64,000 nt of DNA. Source: Octopus bimaculoides. Lineage: Eukaryota. Positions 51,292-63,003 of the stretch are shown here, piece by piece. Below the pieces are notes generated by a model that worked only from the letters and a program-made list of their open reading frames with translations, was not told the DNA's origin and did not search any database. The translations under genes were made by a program, and so were the position numbers. Each line of letters begins with the position of its first letter. The first letter of the stretch is position 1. The DNA is taken from assembly GCF_001194135.2 (NCBI RefSeq), contig NC_068990.1:25707354-25771353 (forward strand). Reading direction: 5' to 3'.

Positions 51292-51343
51292 CACTCTGAA
51301 GAGATCGGCCAAACTACTGGCTGGATCGAAACGTGCGTAAGTG
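51292..51343 (+). ncRNA. Minimal type I hammerhead ribozyme in right pLTR arm
   Basis: CACT-CTGAAGA-GATCGGCC aaactact GGCTGGATC-GAAAC gtgc GTA-AGTG. Confidence 0.88.
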
Positions 51344-52851
51344 ACTATGACATAATATACAAAATGACTCATTACATAACCTAAATCTCCACACTGACTC
51401 ATTTCACAAGCTCCACATAATAAAACAACGGCTGTCTAGTCCAACGAAAATGCTTTTTCTTGTATTTGTTGCTCCATTCTCCAAGTAAATACAAAAACTA
51501 CGGTTTAAGCAACATATTACCTGCCTCTGGACGCCCTCTTCCCAAGACGGTACCCATACAGGTGATCCCCAGGAGTGCCTCTGGATTTAAACATCCCCTG
51601 GTTGCTTGGATGCTTCAGACTACCCCTGAAGGATCGAGGCAAACCTACCACTTATATATATATATATGCATATGTGGGCACAGAACATCACGAAATGTGT
51701 ACAACAAAAAAGTATGGAGCATGAGTACATGTAACATGAACTATTCTTTCGAACAACAAAAGACACAAGTGGAAAACAAAACAAACAACATAAACAATGA
51801 CCCTTCATCAGTTGTTGGCTGTATTTCTAGTCTCGTATTTCGATCAGAGGCACAGACATTGGCATGTGGTAAGAAGCTTGTTTCCCAACCACATGGTTTT
51901 GGGTTCTGTCTCAATGCATGGCACTTTGGGCTAGTGTCTTCTACTATAGCCCCAGGCCAACCAAACCTAGTAAACAGATTTGGTTGATGGAAACTGAAAG
52001 AAGCCTATTGTGTGTGTGTGTGTGTCTTTGTGTTTGTCCTCCAGCACTGCTTGATAACTGGTGTTGTTTTGTTTATGTCCTTGTAACTTACAGGTTAGGC
52101 AAAAAGAGACTAATAGAATGAGTACTAGGGCTAGAAATAAAGCATTGCAGTCGATTTGTTTGACTGAACCATCCAAGGGGGTGCCCCAGCATGGCCACAT
52201 TCCAGAGGCTGAAACAAGCAAAAGATATATATATATATATAACCATATATGGTCGCTAATTATGTGTGTTTTTCCATGATGGCATGGGTTGGATGGGTCA
52301 CCAGCCAGAATCCCTGCATATTCAGGGCCACAGGACTGTATTCTGCTCATGAAATTCATTTTTCGCTTTGTTTCTACAGCTCACTGTTTTTCCTAACCCC
52401 AACCACTCGACTGAATCAACTGATTGCTTTTCTCATGGCACCAACACTACAGGGGCAGCCATGGCCCAGGGTTCACTCAAACAAATTGACAACAAAGCTC
52501 TTTTTTTAAGCCTGGTATATGTGTGTGTGTCAGTAGCATAACTAGGGGGCAAGGAGCAAAGGAGGCATGTGCCCTGGGCCCTATTGAAGGTGGGGGGCAC
52601 CTCATCAAAAGCAAGAAAGAGGAGACTTTAGACAATTGTATTTTTTTTTTATAATTACATCTCATTTCACACATTAGGTTTTTTAATGTTTCTATCGAGG
52701 AAGCTGGTGCCTTAAACGGTTAAAATAAGGAGGTTTTGTAAACGTAAACATTCACAAAATATATTCTGTATTCCAGGCTGTACCGAACTGGCAGGTAAAG
52801 TTTTAATTCCTAAAATATTGCTTTAAAACATTAATTAATTGTAAATTCCAC

Positions 52852-53315
52852 TTGCGAAGACCTGTTGAGGCAAGTGAAATCGAAATTGAGTTAAATTTGA
52901 CGTCTGGCACCCATTCCAACGTCGTCTCCCTCATTGGACACAAAATTCAGTTTGCGAAGACTTATTGGGGCAAGCGAAAGCGAAATTGTGATGGCACCTG
53001 TGCCCAGCATCGCCTTTCTAGCGAGATCGTTGCCAGTGCCCCTGGACTGGCTCTTGTGTGGGTGGCACATAAAATACACCATTTTGAGTGTGGCCGTTGC
53101 CAGTACCGCCTGACTGGCCTTTGTGCCGGTGGCACGTAAAAAGCACCCACTACATTCTCTGAGTGGTTGGCATTAGGAAGGGCATCCAACTGAAGAAACT
53201 CTGCCAAATCAGATTGGAGCCTGGTGTTGCCATCTGGTTTCACCAGTCCTCAGTCAAATCGTCCTACCCATGCTAGCATGGAAAGCGGACGTTAAACGAC
53301 GACGATGATGATGAT
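52852..53315 (+). mobile_element. RTE LINE 3' UTR copy
   Basis: Same family as 44982-45500; cttgcgaagac..ttg.ggcaag.gaaa block present twice (52852, ~52953). Confidence 0.8.
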
Positions 53316-54796
53316 GAATATCGTGGATTTTGAAATGGTGGTGGTGGGGGGGAGAGGAGGAAGTGGTGGTGATGCATTTTTGTGGCTTGCCCTTGGTGCA
53401 GTTTACCCTAGCCATGCCACTGGTATGTATGTGTGTGTGTACGTACACATACATACCAGTGTCAGAACCAGCCAATGTCAGAGCGGTATTAAGGAGGATG
53501 TAACAAGTTATCAGATCTCACTAGGATGTTTCTCTCATCTGGCATTGCACAAATTTCACACAAACTTTTGCACTTTACAGTACTGCAGCAGATGCACAAT
53601 ACCATGTACGTGCATAATAACAAGCTGACACCTACACCACACTTAGGATTTCTCGTGTCAGCCATTGACTGACCTCAGAAATTCTGTTTATAACCTCTAA
53701 AGTATTTTTCACTTATCTCATTATCAAAATATTTGCTCTTACAACATGACTAAGAAATTTTTCAGTTTTTTTTTTTTTATTAAGATTGAACACACACACA
53801 CATCTCTCTTTTCTCTTTCTCTTTTACTTGTTTCAGTCACTTGACTGTAGCCATGCTGGAGCACCGCCTTTAGTCGAGCAAATCGACCCCAGGACTTATT
53901 CGTTGTAAGCCTAATACTTATTCTATCGATCTCTTTTTGCTGAACCGCTAAGTTACGGGGACGTNNNNNNNNNNNNNNNNNNNNNNNNNNNNNNNNNNNN
54001 NNNNNNNNNNNNNNNNNNNNNNNNNNNNNNNNNNNNNNNNNNNNNNNNNNNNNNNNNNNNNNNNNNNNNNNNNNNNNNNNNNNNNNNNNNNNNNNNNNNN
54101 NNNNNNNNNNNNNNNNNNNNNNNNNNNNNNNNNNNNNNNNNNNNNNNNNNNNNNNNNNNNNNNNNNNNNNNNNNNNNNNNNNNNNNNNNNNNNNNNNNNN
54201 NNNNNNNNNNNNNNNNNNNNNNNNNNNNNNNNNNNNNNNNNNNNNNNNNNNNNNNNNNNNNNNNNNNNNNNNNNNNNNNNNNNNNNNNNNNNNNNNNNNN
54301 NNNNNNNNNNNNNNNNNNNNNNNNNNNNNNNNNNNNNNNNNNNNNNNNNNNNNNNNNNNNNNNNNNNNNNNNNNNNNNNNNNNNNNNNNNNNNNNNNNNN
54401 NNNNNNNNNNNNNNNNNNNNNNNNNNNNNNNNNNNNNNNNNNNNNNNNNNNNNNNNNNNNNNNNNNNNNNNNNNNNNNNNNNNNNNNNNNNNNNNNNNNN
54501 NNNNNNNNNNNNNNNNNNNNNNNNNNNNNNNNNNNNNNNNNNNNNCGTTAAACGATGATGATGATTGATTGATATATACGGCGGGCTTCTTTCAGTTTCT
54601 GTCTACCAAATCCACTCACAAGGCTTTGGTCGGCCCGAGGCTATAGTAGAAGACACTTGCCCAAGGTGCCACGCAGTGGGACTGAACCCGGAACCATGTG
54701 GTTGGTAAGCGAGCTACTTACCACACAACCGCTCCTATCTATCTTATTCAGCAAAAACTAAGAAATTTTCTATACTATCATTATATATCTATCAGC

Positions 54797-55195
54797 AGGT
54801 ATGGCTACGTGATAAGTTTGCTTCCCAACCACATGGCTCTAGGTTCTGTCACACTGAGTGGCACTTTGGGCAAGAGCGTTCTACAATAGCCTCATGCCAA
54901 CCAAAGCCTTGTGAGTGGATTTGGTAGACAAAAACTGAAAGAAGTCCGTTGTGTAAGTGTGTGTGTGTGTGCTTATGTCTGTCTTTGTCCCTCACCACCG
55001 GTTCACAACCAGTGTTGGTGTGTTTACATGTCTGTAACTTAGCAGTTCAGCGAAAGAGACCGATAAAATAATTACCAGGCTAAAAAAAAATATATATATA
55101 TAAGTATTGGAGTCAATTCATTCGACTAAAAAATTCTTCAAGGTGGAGCCCCAGCATGGCCAGTCTAATGACTAAAACAAGTAGAAGACAAAAAA
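54797..55195 (+). mobile_element. tRNA-derived SINE, family 1 (head-to-head with a minus copy at ~54560-54730)
   Basis: ggtatggctacgtgataagtttgcttcccaaccacatgg...ggagccccagcatggcc. Confidence 0.75.
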
Positions 55196-56092
55196 TATGC
55201 AAATATGGAAAAGTGGACATTATGATGATGATGATGATGACACACACACATTTACTGAGCTTTCACAAGGCGTTCACTTTAACCCTTTTGGTACCACATT
55301 TCTGTTGAAATGCACCGACTTTGTTTCAATCAATTTTGAAAAATTATGAAAAATTCCGTAGAATAACTTTGATGTTATTAATCCGGTGTGTTTAGAAATT
55401 CATATGAAATTTTGATGGAAGGTTTTAATTTAAATCACTTTAACCCTTTTGATACCATATTTCTGTTGAAATATACTTTGTATCAATTAATTTTGAAAAT
55501 AATGGAGAATTTAGTAAATAAACTTTGAAATTATTTATCTAATGTTTGTAGCACTTTAACATAAAATTTTGACAGAAGGTTTTAACAAATTCATTTTATC
55601 CTACAACCAATGATGGCCATTGGTTGTAGGATAAAATCGGTTCGGTATCAATCCACTTAAATCTGATTTAATTATTTTCTATGCAGTCCCATTGCCACCA
55701 GTCAAATTAGTGTCTGTGAAATTGGAAATTTTAAAGCATTATGTTAGAGTTTAGAATTAGGTGGAGTTGAAGTCAGAAGCAGTACATTTTTAGCAACTGG
55801 ACACCAGAACCTAACCCAGAGGCCTGTTAAGAATAGTGCAACATATATCACTTAGTAAAGAAGAGAGAGAGAAAGAATATGAACTCAAAACAATAGCTAT
55901 CCTCATTTTTACGTCCACTTTTCAATGCTTGCATGGGTCAGAATTTCCTGAAGCCCTTCTTGTCACCAGCCTTCACTTGCTTCCCAAGCAAGGCAGTATT
56001 TCCTCACAGGCAGACATGTTTACACAGTGGAATGGAAACAAAGGATATTGTTTACATGACAGTGACACAGCTATTGCATAATGTCAAGGCAA

Positions 56093-56136
<44 letters not shown>

Positions 56137-56238
56137 CATACAGAAAGTTCTTCCCTAAAGGTTTGTGGCATTGTTTTTTTTCTAATAATTCTTTTTTAAA
56201 TAGTTAATAACTTTAAAAAAAAAAAAAACTTTCTTTAA

Positions 56239-56450
56239 CCCTTTAGCATTTTGGTTAAATCTGGCCAAAGCATTCTGTCTGTTTCATGTTCAAACTGGAC
56301 AGATATGGTCTTTCACACCAACCCTACAATATTCTTCTAAAAATTAACACTTACCTCATCAAACTCTCAAAGCTACAAAATAATGCATGATTAATTAAGG
56401 TATGAATAAAAAAGCATTGCTTTTGACAGAATAATATAAATGCTAAAAGG
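56239..56450. mobile_element. piggyBac-type MITE
   Basis: TTAA|CCCTTTAGCATT ... AATGCTAAAAGG|TTAA; related copies at 42787-43006, ~18322, ~44853, ~61850-62062. Confidence 0.8.
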
Positions 56451-56519
56451 TTAAATATTGTGACTGTGTCTAAACATTGTATGTGTGTGTGTGTGTGTGT
56501 GTGTCTTTCTCTCCCCCTA

Positions 56520-56905
56520 TCATTATCATCATCATCATCGTTTAACGTCTGCTTTCCATGCTGACATAGGTTGGACGGTTTGATTGAGGGCTGGCAAGCC
56601 AGAAGGCTGCACCAGGCTCCAATCTGATCTAACAATGTTTCTACAGCTGGATGCCCTTCCTAATGCTAACCATTCCGAGAGTGTAGTGGGTGCTTTTTAC
56701 GTGCCACCAGCACAGGAGGCAGTCAAGCGGTACTGTCATTGGCCACAACAACGACTTCACTTGCCTCAACAAGTCTTCGCAAGCACAGCTTATTACCCAA
56801 TGATTGAAGGGTCCTCTTAAATGGGCTGGTTATGCTGCACTGGCAAAGGTCAGGGTTACGGTCTCACTTGGTTTGCTGGATCTTCTCAAGCACAGCATAT
56901 CTCTA
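56520..56905 (-). mobile_element. RTE LINE 3' end including ORF2 terminus
   Basis: (CAT)n tail at 56520; minus strand near 56900 reads TSDQDL*RYAVLEKIQQTK*. Confidence 0.75.
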
Positions 56906-56920
56906 AAGGTCTTGGTCACT

Positions 56921-56979
<59 letters not shown>

Positions 56980-59435
56980 GTATATATAAGTAAACTTTTG
57001 GTTGGTTAAAATATGTTTGCAACAGATTCCAACTGGCAAAAGGCAAATTCACTGCAATTACCATGGAGAAAAATTCTCTCTTCTGGTAAAATGATGTAAA
57101 AGCATATTTCTTCACATGAAACCATTGGTAGCCTTGTTAACCTACAAATAAAGAATGTTTATCCACCAATGAAGTGTTGGCCACTTATTCTCAGTTTGAT
57201 ATTAGCACGTATGTGTACGTATATATACATATACACACACACACAGACACATGCATGACAGACTTCTTTCGGTTCCCAGAAATCCAGCCACGAGGCTTTG
57301 TTCAGGCCAGGGTTATTGTAGGAGGCACTTGCCCAAGCCACCACACAGTGGGATTGAAATCTTATCATCACAGCCATGCCTGTAGTTTCATATAAAACAG
57401 CCTCTGAGGCCATAAAATCTTTATTAAGGAAATCCTGCTAAGTCAATTAGTTTGATAAAAATAAATGCTTTTGATAATTAGATATGAAAGAGATGTGGAG
57501 TTTAGAAACTGGACAATCTTTTAGGTCAGGCCAGGCATTATAAACTGCTGCATTTGGTGCACGTGAATATGTGTAAGGAGATGCATGTCTGTCTGAAGCT
57601 GATAGGTGCTGGAGCGCTGCAGTTGGAGTGTGAATATAAAATCAAAAAGAGTGATTTCCTACAAAATGTTGGTACTTACACACACACACACCTTCCTCAT
57701 TATGGCCAGCTCTACAAGAGATTTTCCCTAACAACAATGGAATTCTGTTCACTACAGCTGCTATATGTAGGTCACAGTACTTATCAGCAGATGTTGCATG
57801 GCAGGTTATCACTTGGATCAGATGCTTCAAAACAAAATGTGTAGAATGCATTTCATAAGAAACAAAGGTTCCCCCCACCACCACCAGTCTCCATTTTTTA
57901 TCTCTAACAAGTTTTTTAATTTGAAATGATCGTTATACTTTGTCTAAATAATTATACCCACCAGGAATGAAATTGCTTTCTTCTTTCTAATTAAAACAAT
58001 GTATCTGGGTATGGCACATCGGTAAGACTTCACTTCATGTGGTTAGAGGTTCAAATGTACGGTGTGATGCTTTTGACAAGTGTTCCCTATTGTTATAGCT
58101 TCAAATCAGAAAATGCTAGTTGAGTGATATTTGGTAAAGTGAAACTATACAGAAGTCTGCTATTTATGTATATGCAATTGAGTGTGTGTATATAAGGAAA
58201 ATAAGACAAAGTAGAAAATGCTAAAATAATTTTATCATGAAGTACATTTTAGTACCGGTTTCTGTCTTTTTAGACTTTTTCAACTAAGAGTAAAACAAGA
58301 AAAACAATTAAATTGGAGAAAAAATTTAAGTGAAATGCTTTGTAGATATTTTCATAGTCTTTGAATAGGTAAATATTTCCATAGTTTTCAGACAGACTGT
58401 CTCTATTCCTTTGTGAATGCCTGGTATGTAGGTAGGTAGTTAGTAGTATCAGTTGAATAAAGTTAAAACATGGTCTGGCTTCCATGTTTTTTATTATGGC
58501 ATTTCAACATTAAAAAAATATTTTGTTATGCTTATAAAGTTAAATTTGTGCTTTCATACATAGTGTAACCCGCAGATTTCAAATGTGTTTAACTGACAGT
58601 TGAGTTCTCGACAATTTTAATACCTCTTAGAACGTTCCAACAAGCTGAATTTTTAGAGTAGTAAAAGACACTTGCCCAAGGTGCCATGCAGTAGGACTGA
58701 ACCTGGAACCATATATATATATATATATATATACATAGGCACATATGTGATGTGTGGTAAGATGTTTGCTTCGCAACCACATGACTCTAGGTTCAGTCCT
58801 GCTACATGGCACCATCTAAGTATCTTCTATTATTCTAAGGAAAAAACTCCCCTTATTTTATACAGCCATTGGTGCAGTGCTCCTAAAGTTAGGCAATGGT
58901 ATCTTCATGTTGTGATGGTTTTATTGAGGGGTTCTTTTTCTCAGTTCCTATCATGGTTTTGAACCTGTGCATATGGTATATTTGCTGGTGAAATATTTGT
59001 CAATCAGTAAAATGGAATTCTATTTTTTTTGTTTGTCACACCCTGTTTAAATGATGCTGTATGCAAGGATACCCTCAGTCGACACACACACACACACACA
59101 CATACTATACTCAGCTCAGGTGAGGAGTCTCATCTTGCAGGTACTGGGTGACCTCAATGGTGCTGGTGCCATGCAAAAAGCATCCAATACACTCTGTTAA
59201 GTGATTAGCATTAGGAAGGGCATCCAGCTGTAGAAACCATGCCAAAGCAGACATGGAACCTGTTAGATGCCTCTGGCCCGTCTGTTCTTGTTGAACCATC
59301 CAACCCATGCCAGCATGGAAAAAAGGAATGATGATGATTGTCTAACCCTTTTTGTTAGCATCTGAGACAACAACCAAGTAGCTATTTAGTTGTTTTCTTA
59401 GAAAACTTTTAGAGCCAGCAAGGGAGTATCTAAAC

Positions 59436-59619
59436 CAGCAGTTCTCAACCGTGGCTCCCAGGGTCGCATGCAGCCCTCAAGCATCCTTCTGGTGATCCTC
59501 AATGGTCTTCCCTCTATAAATATATTTTTCTTTGATTTTTATTTTACATTTTTTTTTGGTGCCCCTCCCCATCCAGGTTTTGGATCTGGCCCAGATATTA
59601 AAAGGTTGGAGAACTACTG
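59436..59619. mobile_element. hAT (Charlie/Buster-type) MITE, 184 bp
   Basis: TIRs CAGCAGTTCTCAACC / GGTTGGAGAACTACTG; perfect 8-bp TSD ATCTAAAC (59428-59435, 59620-59627). Confidence 0.88.
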
Positions 59620-61185
59620 ATCTAAACTGTCACTCAATGTGCTAGAAATATCACACTGAATTATTTTAAAATATGATGCATTGGATAATCATCTTCTTCA
59701 TTCTTGTTTTAATGTCTACTTTTCCATGCTTGCATGGGTCAGAAGATAATAGATTGGGGCAGGGTTTTCTATAGCTGGATGCCCCCCACCCACTTGTTTC
59801 CAAAGTAAGGTAATAACCTCCCAGCGTATGGAACAACAAACAGCCTGGACATGTTTATGTAGAGAAATGGAAACAAAAACCACTGTATGAATGAGCCTTT
59901 TGTTTACAGCCAGCAAACACATGTGAAGACAAAGGAAATATGAACTCTCTCTCTCTGTCTCTTACACACACACACAGAGGATGGATTTCTTTCAGTTTCC
60001 ATCTACCGAATCCCGCCAAATGGCTTAAGTTGGCTCAGGGCTATAGTAGAAGACATTATTAACTCAAGCCATGCAGTACTAAATGTTCTATGACAAAAAA
60101 AAAAAAAAAAAAAAAAAAAAAANNNNNNNNNNNNNNNNNNNNNNNNNNNNNNNNNNNNNNNNNNNNNNNNNNNNNNNNNNNNNNNNNNNNNNNNNNNNNN
60201 NNNNNNNNNNNNNNNNNNNNNNNNNNNNNNNNNNNNNNNNNNNNNNNNNNNNNNNNNNNNNNNNNNNNNNNNNNNNNNNNNNNNNNNNNNNNNNNNNNNN
60301 NNNNNNNNNNNNNNNNNNNNNNNNNNNNNNNNNNNNNNNNNNNNNNNNNNNNNNNNNNNNNNNNNNNNNNNNNNNNNNNNNNNNNNNNNNNNNNNNNNNN
60401 NNNNNNNNNNNNNNNNNNNNNNNNNNNNNNNNNNNNNNNNNNNNNNNNNNNNNNNNNNNNNNNCCCCATTAGTGTTAGCGCCTTAACTGAATTTATAGCT
60501 TCATGCAAAATACATGGTTACAGGAAACAAATGTTAAAATTGTGTTGGTGGAAATACCATAGGATGTAACAGAACAATCAGAGAGATCTGGGAAGAAGCT
60601 AAATAGTGGTCGGAGCTAACGTGCGAGAGAGCATTGACATTGATAGAGAAGACATAATTGGAAGAGACTGACTTTATTTCAACATGAGGAACAAAACAGT
60701 TTCAATTCAGAGAGAATCACTTGTGTAACCTTCTGATGCTCAGCAACTAATACTGAGAGGATAACAAATTAAAATAGCCTAAAATCAAAAATCAAATCAC
60801 AATCAGAAATGGAAATTGCAGTTGTGGCCGATGACAGTGCCGCTTGACTGGCTCTCATGCTGGTGGCACACAGTAAGCACCATTCATGTGTGGGTTGTTG
60901 CCAGTGCCGCCTGACTGACTATAGTACTTTCAAACCAAACGCAGGAGACTGTATGAAGAGAAGAGGAGGAGACATCATCGTCCTCATAGACTGTCTGCAG
61001 CTGTTATTCAGGGTCACTTTTAGTATCGTCAGTGCTGCAGGATCTGCCTATCTTGTTGTATCGGTCTTGTCAGCCACATCCACTCCCATGAGAAACAATG
61101 TGCTGGGAGTGGAGGAGGTTGAATGCCTTAGATCAACAGTGTAATGGCTTTTGATGGGCCATTATTAGTAATGGTAATGAGAGAG

Positions 61186-61420
61186 TTAACCCAGTATATT
61201 GTGACATGTCCAGTCAGGCCTATCTTGATAGGATTTCATCGTTTTTTTTTTATTAAATATGGAAAATAAGGAGAAATTTGAACTAAAACTATGCTGAAGA
61301 CTTGGGTAGATGTTTTTGCGGAAGTTGGAATTTATGAGGCTTGAGCATTTGGTATTGGCATCATTGATGTAAGTGATTCGAAAAGAAATGTTTCGTCTGA
61401 AAATGGATTGGAAGTGGATC
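61186..61420 (-). pseudogene. Possible Penelope-like RT/linker remnant
   Basis: RRNISFRITY..NF..FSSNFSLFSIFNKKKTMKSYQDRPD loosely resembles PLE RKRNIIWF..F..HF..HKIFN.NT.K.SYSCMPN (by eye). Confidence 0.3.
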
Positions 61421-62763
61421 ATGGACCTAGCTGTTAAAATTTCTGTCCCTTGCAAAATGTTATATTGCTTGGAATCTGGTGAGGGTTGGCACCAAGAAAA
61501 TCTGCCTCAACAAATTCCATCTGACCCATACAAGCATGGAAAAGTGGACAGTAAATGATCACGATGATGATGATATAAGCATGCACACGATAGGCTTCTT
61601 TCAGTTTCTCCTCTACCAAATCCCCTCACAAAGCTACAGGAGACTCTTGCCTATGGTGTTACATGGGGTGAACTTGAAACCATGAAGTTGGAAGGCAAAC
61701 GTCTCAATCACACAGCTGTGTTATTAAAGAAAATAAAAGAGGTTGAATTATACAACCCAGATTGTATTACTTTTAGTGGTTTAGTTAGATGAAGAATGAG
61801 AAAAAGAAAAGCAGATTTAGCTGCTTTAAAAAGCTGTGTATTAACTGTTTAGCAATCAAATTACTCTGTCAAATGCAATGCTTAATTTATTCACATTGTT
61901 TTGAATTAATCATTGTAGCATTACAATTTTGATGATGTAGTTGTAGATCTTTAGAATGACATTGCAGGGCAAGCGTGAGAGGCTGGATCTGACTAGTTTG
62001 AACATAAAAACAGGGAGAATTTCTGGCCCGGATATGGTGGCCAGTTTAAATGCTTAAAGGGTTAATCATACATTATTTCCTTGCTTTGAAATTTCGATGG
62101 TGTGGCTGTTTTATTTTTAGAATGACATTGAGAGGCTGAATCTGGCCAAACCAGGTAGAATATTTTGGCTGGATGTGACTGGTTTAAATGTGAAATGAGG
62201 AGTCTATACCAAGTCGACTCATCATCTTTGTTTTAAAATCCACATTTTCATGCTTGCATGAAGCAGACAGAATTTGTTGAGGAAGACTTTCTATAGCCAG
62301 ACGTCCATCCTATCACCAACCCTTGCCTGTTTCCAAGTAAGGTAATGCTTCCCCATGGCCAGACATGCTCCTCAGAAATTAACAACATCACTTGTATGAC
62401 AGTAACACCTGTCTAGAGCCATCATATGATATCATGACAAGCTTCTTTCAGTTTCCTCTCTACCAAATCCACTTGCAATGCTATGGTCATCTGAGTGTTA
62501 TGGTACGAAACACTTGCTGCAAATGCCTTCTATGATGGCACCCAGGATGACCAAAGCATTGTGAGTGGATATGGTGTGTGGCAAAAAAAACAAAAACACT
62601 GGAATGATCACAGTTCGATTGTCTTTCATTATAGGCATGCTCATTCCATATCAACCAAGGGCTAAAAAATAACCATCAAATATTTTTAGCAGAGAAGTTC
62701 TGAATTATTCTTTCTCATCCTCACACCAACACTCTGTGCTCAAACACAAACACACATACATTC

Positions 62764-63003
62764 TTTCACATTATTTACATTTGACGGATATTTGTCCTCA
62801 TCTTGTTGTTAACACAACATTTCGGCTGATATACCCTCCAGCCTTCTTCAGGTGTCTTGGGTAAATTTCGAACCTGGGTTCTCATTCCTAAGGTATTTTT
62901 TGATGTTGTTATTATTATTATTAGGGTCACTGCCTGGAATCGAACTTGGAATCTTGGGGTTAGTAGCCAGTGCTCTTACCCACGGGCATATGGCGTAGTG
63001 GTT
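62764..63003 (-). mobile_element. tRNA-headed SINE-like element with hammerhead-bearing 3' part; 5' tip inverted
   Basis: Minus strand: AAGAGCACTGGCTACTAACCCCAAGATTCCAAGTTCGATTCCAGGCAG (B box GTTCGATTCC), (AAT)n linker, then hammerhead. The A-box segment TGGCGTAGTGG lies directly adjacent but on the opposite strand. Confidence 0.7.
62811..62856 (-). ncRNA. Minimal type I hammerhead motif in tRNA-headed element
   Basis: Minus strand: GACAC-CTGAAGA-A-GGCTG gagggtatat CAGCC-GAAA-TGTT-GTGTT; stem I GACAC/GTGTT, 5-bp stem II. Stem III AATGTT is one C>T away from the palindrome AACGTT. Confidence 0.75.

Larger units (their letters stand above)
50644..51491. mobile_element. Penelope-like element: inverted pair of ~395-bp pseudo-LTRs with 59-bp spacer
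   Basis: 50644-51039 is the near-exact reverse complement of 51099-51491 (scattered substitutions only); each arm carries a hammerhead; left flank is (TA)n. Confidence 0.85.

Noticed and set aside
51790-51850. CTGATGA and GAAA boxes on the minus strand
   Set aside because: The order and flanks do not give stem II pairing in any hammerhead permutation; at most a collapsed remnant.
52531-52590. hAT-like terminus CAGTAGCATAACTAGGGGG
   Set aside because: No matching opposite TIR or TSD found nearby.
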